NCBI GenBank assembly: GCA_964415605.1
Contig: CAYQBA010000006.1
Coordinates: forward strand, 1 to 50,069
Length of the DNA stretch: 50,069 nt
Source of the DNA: an uncultured Anaerolineales bacterium
GTDB taxonomy: Bacteria > Chloroflexota > Anaerolineae > Epilineales > Epilineaceae
Direction: 5' to 3'
This document shows, piece after piece, positions 17,003-24,697 of the stretch; the stretch's first letter is position 1, and each line of letters begins with the position of its first letter. The notes under the pieces are model-generated. The model was not told where the DNA came from and searched no databases. It saw only the letters and a list, made by a program, of their open reading frames with translations. A program made the translations under genes and the position numbers.

Positions 17003-20000
17003 ATGGATCGCGCCCCGTTGCCGTCAACCCGCTCCCCGTGGCGACGCCGCGCCCACCCGCTCACCGCGGGCCGGCGCGGCGTCGTGCTTTGCGTCGGCCT
17101 GACCCTCGCCGCCGTCGCGGCCCTCGCCGCCGCCACCAACCTGCGCGCGCAGGCGGCGGCCGTCAACTGGGTCGAGCCCGCCAACCAGCGCACCGGCGTG
17201 TGGGCCGGCCAGCGCATCATCGTCGTGTTCAACCAGGCCATGGACCGCGCCACGGTCGAGGCCGGGCTCACGATCCAGCCCCACGTGCCAGCCTTGTTCG
17301 AGTGGTTCGACGACTTCAAGCGGGTCGAGGTCGTCCCGCTCGACCCGCAGGCGGCCGGCCAGGTGTACGCCGTCACCCTGGCAACCTCGATCCGCGACGC
17401 GGGTGGTCGCGCGGTCCTGACGACCCCGTACCGGTGGAGCTTCACCGTCAGCGGCTCGGCGTTGGTCCCGCAGTTCTCACGCGGGCTCCCCGTACAGCTC
17501 GTCACGCCGTCGGGCGGGCATGGCGTGCCGTTCCAGCCGCGCTACCCCCGCGGCACCTTCCAAATGGCGCTGTACCGGCTGGCCACCGAGGACTTCGTCC
17601 GCGCGTACGCCGCGCTGGTCCCCAACCAGGTCAACGCCATCGACGTCGCGGGCCTGACGCCCGCGGCCCGCTGGACCCAGACCGTCGACGCGCTGTCGGC
17701 GCCGGTCTCGATCGACCTGCCGGCCGGCACGCCGCCGGGGCTGTACGTGGCCGAGGTGGCGCACCCGCACACCGGCACGGCCCGCACGCTCCTCATGTAC
17801 TCGGATTACGCGCTCACGGCCGCGGTCGGCCCGAGCGGGACGACCTTCTGGACGGCCCGGCCGGCCACCGGCGAGCCGGCCCCGGCTCCGGAAGTGACGG
17901 TCTACGACAGCGACGGCCGGGCCCTCGCGACGGTCGCGGGCGACGCGCGGGGCATCGCCCGCGCCGAGGCCCTGCCGGGCGCGCGGGTGGCCGTCGCGGA
18001 CGTCGGCGGCCACCCGGTCATGGTGGCGCTCGACGGCTACTGGTATAGCGAAGGCTATTTGTCGTGGTACTACCTCTACCAGCGCCCGCCGGTCGTGGTC
18101 CCGGCTTACGCCGGGCACATCCACACCGACCGCCCGATCTACCGGCCGGGGCACGTCGTGCACTACAAGGCCACGCTGCGCCGCATGCAGGGCGACGGCC
18201 CGGCCGCGCTGGCCGCCGGCACGGCCGTCAGCGTGACCATCCGCGACGCCGCGGGCAACATCATCCGCGAGACGACCGCCCGGACCGACCCCTTCGGGAG
18301 CGTGGCGGGCGACCTCGCCCTGGGCGACGAGGTGTCGCTCGGCAATTGGGCGGTCGACGTGCGCATCGACGGGCAGACGATCAACGGCGCGTTCAAGGTC
18401 GAGGAATATGTCAAGCCCGACTACGCGGTCGAGGTCGAGACCGACGCGCCGTTTTATGTCGCGGGCGACACGGCGCGCGTGACCGTGCAGGCCGACTACT
18501 ACTTCGGCCAGCCGGTCGGTGACGGTGAGGTCGTGCTGCGGGTCTTCGACGACGCGCACCAAGGGAGCAGCCCGCTGTTCGAGCGGCAGGGCGACCTCGC
18601 GGCCGACGGCAGCCTGGCCTTCAGCGTGCCGCTGCCGGCGGCCGGCGACGTCGCCGCGTCCACTGCGCTGTCGTTCGAGGCCGAGGTGACCGACGCCGGG
18701 CGACGGCCCGTGTACGCGGCGGCCAAGGCGCCGCTGCACCCGGCGGCGTTCGGCCTGAGCCTGCGCAACCGGCGCTACGGCACCGAGGTCGGCCAGCCGA
18801 TCGAGCTCGACGTCGCCACTCCGGGCCACGACGGCCAGCCGGTGGCGGGCCGCCGCGTCGACCTCGAGATCCGTACCTACGACTACCGCCAGGGCGCCCA
18901 CCGCGTGGTCCAGCGGCAGACCGTCACCACCGGGGCGGACGGGAAGGCCGTGGCGCGCTTCGACAACGTCGACTACGGCTGGTACGACGTGGAAGCCACC
19001 GCCCGCGACGACGCCGGGCGCACGGTATCGGCGGACACCTATGCCTGGCGCTACAGCCGCCGCTACCCGTGGTACTGGCAGGGCGAGCTCGAGGTCACGG
19101 CCGACCAGGACCAGTACGCCGACGGCGACACGGCACGGCTGCTGGTGCAATCGCCGGTGACCGGCACCGCGCTCATCACGCTCGAGCGCGACGGCGTGTA
19201 CGACGAACTGGTGGTGCCGATGCGCGGCGCCACGCCGGTGGACGTGCCGATCAAGGCCGCCTACGCCCCCAACGTCGTCGCCAAGGTCATGATCTGGAAG
19301 CCCAACACCACCCGCTCCGCCAGCGGGTACGACGCCGCCGAGGGCCAGCTGCTCGTGGCCACGGTCGACCTGACCGTCCCGGCGGTCGACCGCCGGCTGG
19401 CGGTCGAGGTGACGCCCGGCCGTGCGACGTACGCCCCCGGCGACATCGCCGAAGCCACGCTGACCGTCCGCGACCACGCCGGGCGGCCGGTGCGCGCGCA
19501 GGTGGCGGTGGCGGTCATCGACAAGGCCGTCCTGGCGCTGGCCGCCGACCCGGCCGGCGACATCTTCGATGCCTTCTGGCGCCCGCGCCTCAGCCAGATC
19601 AGCACCCACGACTCGCTGCGGCCGTCGCACTGGTACGTGTACCCGGAGTACGACCGCTCCCGGGCGATGAACCGCAGCGGCGCGACGCCGCTCCCGGGCG
19701 CCACGGGCACCCCCCCCGCCGCGGCGCCGACGGCCCCACCGGGCACGGCGGCGCCGTCGCCGACGGCCGGGGCGCCGGGCGGCCCCAACCTCGGCTTCGA
19801 CGACGCCGCGCCCGCCGTGGCACCGCGGCGCGAGTTCCGCGACACGGCGTTCTGGGACGCCGCCGTCGCCACCGGCGCCGACGGCACGGCCCGCGTGGCG
19901 TTCGTGGTGCCCGACAACCTCACGACGTGGCGCTTCGTGGCGCGCGCCGTCACGGTCGACACGTTGGCCGGCGAGGGCGGGGCGGAGATCGTCGTCGCCA

Positions 20001-22597
20001 AGCCGATCATGGCCGACCCGGTCCTGCCGCGCTTCGCCGTGCAGGGCGACGCGTTCGTGCTGGACGTCGTCGGCCGCAACGACGCCGCCGGCACGCAGGC
20101 CGGCACGTGCGGGATCGAGGCGCCCGGCCTGGTGCAGCTCGACCCCGGCCCGCGCGAGCTCGAGCTGCCGCTGAACGCCACGCGCGTGGCGCGCTGGTCG
20201 GTGGTCGCCTCGCAGGTCGGCGCCGGCACCGTCAAGGCGCGGCTCGTCACGTCGGCAGGGTCGGACGCCATCGAGGTGCCGTTCGAGGTCCAGCCGTTCG
20301 GCGTCCCCGAGCGCTGGAGCCGTGCCGGGGCCACGACCGACATCGCGTTCGAGCCGTTCATCCTGCCGTACAAGACCGTGCCCGACGACCTGCGCATCGA
20401 GGTCCGGCTGACGCCGAGCATCGCCACCGGCATCTTCGAGGGCGCCGGAGCGCTGATCGGCTACCCGTACGGCTGCGTCGAGCAGACGATGAGCAAGACG
20501 CTGCCCAACGCCGTCATCGGCCGGCTCCAGAACGCCACCGGCGTCGTGCCGCCGGCCTCGCTGGCCGAGCTGCCGGAGTTCATGGACGTCGGCATCCAGA
20601 AGCTGTACGGCTTCCAGCACGCCGACGGCAGCTGGGGCTGGTGGAGCGGCGGGCAGAACCTCTACCTGTCGGCCTACGTCACGCAAGGGTTGGCGATCGC
20701 GCGCGAAGCCGGGTACCCGGTCGACGCCGCGGTGATCGAGCGCGGGCTGAGCTACCTGGCCCGCAGCGCGCCGAGCCACCCCGAGATCCGCATGCGCGCC
20801 TACGCGGCGTTCGCCATGGCCGAGGCCGGCCGCCCGGACGCGGCGCTGGCGACGGCCCTGTTCGACCAGCGGCGCCAGCTCGACGCGTTCGCGCTCGCCG
20901 CCCTGGCGATGGCCCTCGACAAGGCCAGCCGGCGTGACCTCGCCGCGGCGGCGCTCGACGAGGTGCTGGCGCGCGCCACCACGACGCCGGAAGGCACGCA
21001 CTGGACGATGGACCGCGGCAACCTGTGGGGTTCGTGGAGCTGGCAGAGCATGGCGTCGGACGAGACGAGCACGGCCATGGCGCTCCTGGCGATCGCGCGG
21101 CTCCGACCAGCGGACCCGGCGGCGCCGCAGGTGGTGAGCTGGCTGCTCCAGCGGCGCGTCGGCGCCGGCTGGCAGACGACGCAGACCACGGCCTTCGCGC
21201 TCCTGGCGCTGACGGACTACGTGATCGCCAGCGGCGACCTCCGGCCGGCCTTCGACTGGACGGTGCAGCTCGACGCGCGCGTCGTCGCCAGCGGGCGCGT
21301 GGAGCGCGGGACGCGACCGGCCGACATCCCGCCCGTCGTCCTGACGAGCGCCGACCTGGCGCCGGGCGAGCACACGTTGGCCATCCAGGTCGCGGGCCAG
21401 GGTCGCCTGTACTACACCGTCAACGGGCGGATGACGCTGTTCTACCCACGCTTCCAGCCGGCGCAGGCCCAGGGGATTGGGGTGACGCTGAAGCGCGAGT
21501 ACCAGCCGGTGGCAGGGCGCGCCGGCGCGGACGGCTGGCACGTCGGCGACCTCGTCAACGTCAAGCTGTCGCTGACGACGGCGCGCGAGGTGCGCTACAT
21601 GCTGATCGAAGACCTGCTCCCTGCGGGCTTCGAGGCGCTCAACACTGGGCTTGCCACCGAGACGGGGCACGCCCCCACGCCGTCGGAGCCGTGGCGCTGG
21701 TGGGGCTACGAGCGCAAGGAGATCCGCGACGACCGGGTGACGTTCTTCGCCAGCGTGCTGCCGGCCGGCACGCACACGTTCGAGTACGCCGCGCGCGCGG
21801 TGACGCCGGGCACGTTCGCGGCGCGGCCGGCCGAGGCGTACGCGATGTACCGCCCGGACGTCTGGGGGCGGTCGGCGAGCGACCAGGTGCAGATCGACGC
21901 CGACCGCGTGGCCGAGCGCCCGGCGCTCCCCGGGGACATCGACCGCGACTGCCGGCTGACGGCGTTCGACGCGGCGCTGGTGGCGGACGCGTGGGGCGAC
22001 CCGTCGGCGACCGCCGGCGACGGGCGCGACATCGACGGCGACGGCGCGATCGACGCGGCCGACATCGCCCTGGCCGGCGGCCGCGCGTCGCTGGCCTGCG
22101 GCGACAGCGTGCCGGTGGCGCCGGGCGCGGCGGGCGACGTTGGCCTGCGGCTCGAAGCGCCGGCCGACGTGGCCCAGATGGGGGTCTTCGACGTGGCGAT
22201 CGTGCTGGCGCCGGGCCGTGCGCCGGCGGCGGTGGATCTCGGGGCGTGGGAAGCCACGCTGCGGGTGCCCGCGGCGGCGTTCGACGTCGTGGGCATCGCG
22301 GGCGAGGGCACGTGGGCGGGCGCCGGGGGCAAGCTCGGCCCGGCGGTGGCGGGCGACACGGTGCGGCTGGGCGGATTCCGGCCGGAGCCGGGCGCGGCGA
22401 TCACAGGCCGGACGGAGCTGGCCCGGCTGACGCTGCGGGCGCGGCGGGCGGGGGCGACGTGGATCGACGTCGCCGCCGCGCAGGCGCTGACGGGCCGAGG
22501 CGGCGCCTATCGGGTGGCGGTCGACGGGACCACGGTGGCGCCGGCGCCGTGGCAGCCGATGGCGGCGGTGTACTTGCCGGTGGCGGGACCGCGGTAG
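17003..22597 (+). CDS. alpha-2-macroglobulin family protein with thioester site and C-terminal dockerin plus cohesin-like module
   Basis: ATG at 17003 lies shortly downstream of AGGAGG. Signal peptide ..LTLAAVAALAAATNLRAQA. Ig-like N-domain and MG-type repeats. Thioester GYPYGCVEQTM (Cys codon at 20474-20476). Two EF-hand-like dockerin loops, DIDRDCRLTAFD and DIDGDGAIDAAD (about 21935-22080). A roughly 140-aa cohesin-like beta domain runs to the C-terminus. Confidence 0.95.
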   Translation: MDRAPLPSTRSPWRRRAHPLTAGRRGVVLCVGLTLAAVAALAAATNLRAQAAAVNWVEPANQRTGVWAGQRIIVVFNQAMDRATVEAGLTIQPHVPALFEWFDDFKRVEVVPLDPQAAGQVYAVTLATSIRDAGGRAVLTTPYRWSFTVSGSALVPQFSRGLPVQLVTPSGGHGVPFQPRYPRGTFQMALYRLATEDFVRAYAALVPNQVNAIDVAGLTPAARWTQTVDALSAPVSIDLPAGTPPGLYVAEVAHPHTGTARTLLMYSDYALTAAVGPSGTTFWTARPATGEPAPAPEVTVYDSDGRALATVAGDARGIARAEALPGARVAVADVGGHPVMVALDGYWYSEGYLSWYYLYQRPPVVVPAYAGHIHTDRPIYRPGHVVHYKATLRRMQGDGPAALAAGTAVSVTIRDAAGNIIRETTARTDPFGSVAGDLALGDEVSLGNWAVDVRIDGQTINGAFKVEEYVKPDYAVEVETDAPFYVAGDTARVTVQADYYFGQPVGDGEVVLRVFDDAHQGSSPLFERQGDLAADGSLAFSVPLPAAGDVAASTALSFEAEVTDAGRRPVYAAAKAPLHPAAFGLSLRNRRYGTEVGQPIELDVATPGHDGQPVAGRRVDLEIRTYDYRQGAHRVVQRQTVTTGADGKAVARFDNVDYGWYDVEATARDDAGRTVSADTYAWRYSRRYPWYWQGELEVTADQDQYADGDTARLLVQSPVTGTALITLERDGVYDELVVPMRGATPVDVPIKAAYAPNVVAKVMIWKPNTTRSASGYDAAEGQLLVATVDLTVPAVDRRLAVEVTPGRATYAPGDIAEATLTVRDHAGRPVRAQVAVAVIDKAVLALAADPAGDIFDAFWRPRLSQISTHDSLRPSHWYVYPEYDRSRAMNRSGATPLPGATGTPPAAAPTAPPGTAAPSPTAGAPGGPNLGFDDAAPAVAPRREFRDTAFWDAAVATGADGTARVAFVVPDNLTTWRFVARAVTVDTLAGEGGAEIVVAKPIMADPVLPRFAVQGDAFVLDVVGRNDAAGTQAGTCGIEAPGLVQLDPGPRELELPLNATRVARWSVVASQVGAGTVKARLVTSAGSDAIEVPFEVQPFGVPERWSRAGATTDIAFEPFILPYKTVPDDLRIEVRLTPSIATGIFEGAGALIGYPYGCVEQTMSKTLPNAVIGRLQNATGVVPPASLAELPEFMDVGIQKLYGFQHADGSWGWWSGGQNLYLSAYVTQGLAIAREAGYPVDAAVIERGLSYLARSAPSHPEIRMRAYAAFAMAEAGRPDAALATALFDQRRQLDAFALAALAMALDKASRRDLAAAALDEVLARATTTPEGTHWTMDRGNLWGSWSWQSMASDETSTAMALLAIARLRPADPAAPQVVSWLLQRRVGAGWQTTQTTAFALLALTDYVIASGDLRPAFDWTVQLDARVVASGRVERGTRPADIPPVVLTSADLAPGEHTLAIQVAGQGRLYYTVNGRMTLFYPRFQPAQAQGIGVTLKREYQPVAGRAGADGWHVGDLVNVKLSLTTAREVRYMLIEDLLPAGFEALNTGLATETGHAPTPSEPWRWWGYERKEIRDDRVTFFASVLPAGTHTFEYAARAVTPGTFAARPAEAYAMYRPDVWGRSASDQVQIDADRVAERPALPGDIDRDCRLTAFDAALVADAWGDPSATAGDGRDIDGDGAIDAADIALAGGRASLACGDSVPVAPGAAGDVGLRLEAPADVAQMGVFDVAIVLAPGRAPAAVDLGAWEATLRVPAAAFDVVGIAGEGTWAGAGGKLGPAVAGDTVRLGGFRPEPGAAITGRTELARLTLRARRAGATWIDVAAAQALTGRGGAYRVAVDGTTVAPAPWQPMAAVYLPVAGPR

Positions 22598-22657
22598 CGC
22601 GGCCGCACCACCGGCGATCGCGGCCGATCGCCGGCGGTGGCGCTGCAGCAGGCGAAG

Positions 22658-22709
22658 GACGGGCCCGCCGTCGGGACATGCTGGAAGGCAGCCCGACGGC
22701 GGGCCCGTC
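22658..22709 (+). terminator. 18-bp perfect hairpin after the A2M gene
   Basis: GACGGGCCCGCCGTCGGG (22658-22675) pairs with CCCGACGGCGGGCCCGTC (22692-22709). A second bulged hairpin lies at 22608-22640. No clear U-tract. Confidence 0.5.
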
Positions 22710-22720
22710 GCCGTCGTTGC

Positions 22721-22810
22721 CGTGGACGATGTTCGACGCGTTCTTCGCTTCGGGCGCGCCGTGACGAACCGCCACTACCGCGGGCTGGTTGACGTGGGCG
22801 CCCCGACCGC
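22721..22810. repeat. imperfect direct repeat A (upstream of the hydrolase gene)
   Basis: Aligns by hand with 24598-24673. The 3' 45 nt, AACCGCCACT[A/G]CCGCGGG(G)CTGG[TT/CC]GACGTGGGCGCCCCGACCGC, differ at 4 positions. The 5' part shares CGTGGACG..CGTTCT with indels. Confidence 0.75.
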
Positions 22811-22816
22811 TACAAT
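22789..22816 (+). promoter_or_regulatory. candidate promoter TTGACG-N16-TACAAT
   Basis: TTGACG at 22789-22794 and TACAAT at 22811-22816, an AT-rich hexamer that stands out in this GC-rich DNA. About 190 nt upstream of the hydrolase ATG. Confidence 0.55.
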
Positions 22817-23006
22817 GGGGGCCGCGGAACGGATGAGCTACTCCCGCGTGGCGCAGACACGGATCGACGCGACGAACCGCCCGGCCAGGGCGTTCGCCCG
22901 ATGCGCCCGTGCGGCATGATCCCCCAGGAGATGCGACGATGCTTCGGAGTCTCGGCGTGGTGGTCGCCGGCCTGGCGGCCGGCGGGGCATAGCGGATCGA
23001 TCTCCG

Positions 23007-24537
23007 ATGTCGGGGTCGCTGATTCGGCGCGGCACGCTGATCGCCATCTGGGGATCCGGGTTCGCGCTCGAGGCGCTCTCTCCAGCCGGCCCTCGCGCGG
23101 CGTATGGCCAGGACGATCCGGCCGCGCGCGTCGACGCCTGCGTGCGGTCTGAGATGGCCAGCGCCGGCATCCACGGCGCCCAGCTGGCCGTGGCCCGCGA
23201 CGGCGAAATCGTCTTCGAGCGCGCCTATGGCCGCCGCCATCGCGATCGGGACGACCCCGTCGACATCCACACTCAGTTCCGCATCGGGTCCACCACCAAG
23301 ACGCTGACCGCGCTGGCGGTCATGCAGCAGGTCGAGGCCGGCGCGATCGATCTCGACGCTCCGATCACCCGCTATCTCCCGGGCTTCGAGCTGGCCGAGC
23401 CCGGACAGGCCGGGCGCATCACGGTGCGGCACCTGCTGACGCACGCCAGCGGCCTGCACGATACGTCGGCCAGGGACGAGTCCGATCTGTTCGGACCAAC
23501 CGATCCCGGGGCGATGGCCCGCTGGGTGGCCGCTCAGGCGGGCAGCGCACCTTACGCGCCCCCGGGCCGCTTCTGGAACTACTCGAGCGCCAACTACATG
23601 TACGCCGGGCACATCCTCGAACGGGTGAGTGGGCTGAGCTACCCCGCCTACATGGACGCGCGCGTCTTCGGCCCGGCAGGCATGGCGGACTCGACCCTGT
23701 ACGCGGAAGCGGCCGTGGCCCGCGGGAACTTCGCCTTCGGCCACTACAACAACCCCTTCTCCGGCCGGCTCGAGATCTACGACCTGAACCAGGCCAACAA
23801 CTGGGCGCGTCATCCCACCGGCTACGCCAACGCCACCGCAGGCGATCTCGTGCGCTTCGCGTCGCTCCTCATGGCTGGCGGCGCCCCCTTGGTCACGGCC
23901 GAGTCGGCGCGCGCGATGCAGTCGCGGCAGCAGTCCCTCGACCTTGGCCGCGACCAGTACTACGGCCTGGGCACGTTCATCGAGCCGTTTCACGGGCGCC
24001 TGATGATCCACCATGATGGCGGCGCCTGGGGCTGGTCCGCGACGCTGAAGTGGATCCCGGAGGCCGGCGTCGCCGTGGCCACCGTCTCCAATGTCGGCGG
24101 CAGGACGCTCACCAACGCGACGACATGCGCCCTGGCCGCGTTCGTGGCACCCGGCCCGTCACAGCCCCCCCCAGGCCTGCGCCATGGACCCGACGGCGGG
24201 GGATCGCTTCGTGGGCACCTACCAGGGCACCGCCAGCTTCGGGGAGCGCTGGGTGCTGCACGTCACCCGCCCGAGCCCGGGCGGCGAGCTGTCGCTGCGT
24301 GTCGAGCGCGACGGCGCGGACCCGCTTGAAACGGGCCTGACGCAGGATTGCGGGCTCTGGCTTGCCAGCGGGCCAGGCTCCTTCCAGGCCAAGGGGCTGG
24401 GGGTCATCACGTTCATCGACGATCCGATCGAGCCGGGCCGCACGTGGATCCGCAACCGGTTCTTCGTCGCCGGCCGCGCGCTGCCCGTATGGCCGCGGCT
24501 CCATCTTCCGTGGCTGGCCGGCGGCATGGCGCGTTGA
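23007..24537 (+). pseudogene. beta-lactamase/DD-peptidase-fold serine hydrolase, frameshifted in a C8 tract
   Basis: Frame 0 (23007..) carries SxxK (IGSTTKT), YSSANY and HDGGAWGW. After the C8 run at 24165-24172 the plausible continuation (QACAMDPTAGDRFVGTYQGTASFGERWVLHV...) is in the +1 frame (track ORF 24091..24537). The original frame becomes Arg/Gly-rich. Confidence 0.8.
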
Positions 24538-24597
24538 GTCGTCCGTCAGGCCGGCCACCGGCGGCCGCACCCGGGCCCGCGCGCTTGGCCAACGCCT

Positions 24598-24673
24598 CGT
24601 GGACGCGTTCTCATGGCGCGACGCGACCAACCGCCACTGCCGCGGGGCTGGCCGACGTGGGCGCCCCGACCGC
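24598..24673. repeat. imperfect direct repeat B (downstream of the hydrolase gene)
   Basis: Degenerate copy of 22721-22810. The -35/-10 equivalents are decayed to CCGACG and CGCTTG. Confidence 0.75.
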
Positions 24674-24697
24674 CGCTTGCGATCTGCACCGCCCTCC

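Noticed and set aside
17477-21775. 1432-aa ORF antisense to the A2M gene. Similar long ORFs: 133..1530, 6455..7675, 22401..24014, 24362..26563, 25560..27233, 26642..28450, 27309..28721, 28604..29980, 30675..31703, 40632..42809, 48919..49929.
   Set aside because: Their composition is Arg/Gly/Pro/His-rich with no motifs. Each overlaps a motif-bearing gene in another frame or on the other strand. These are the stop-poor shadow ORFs expected in very GC-rich DNA.
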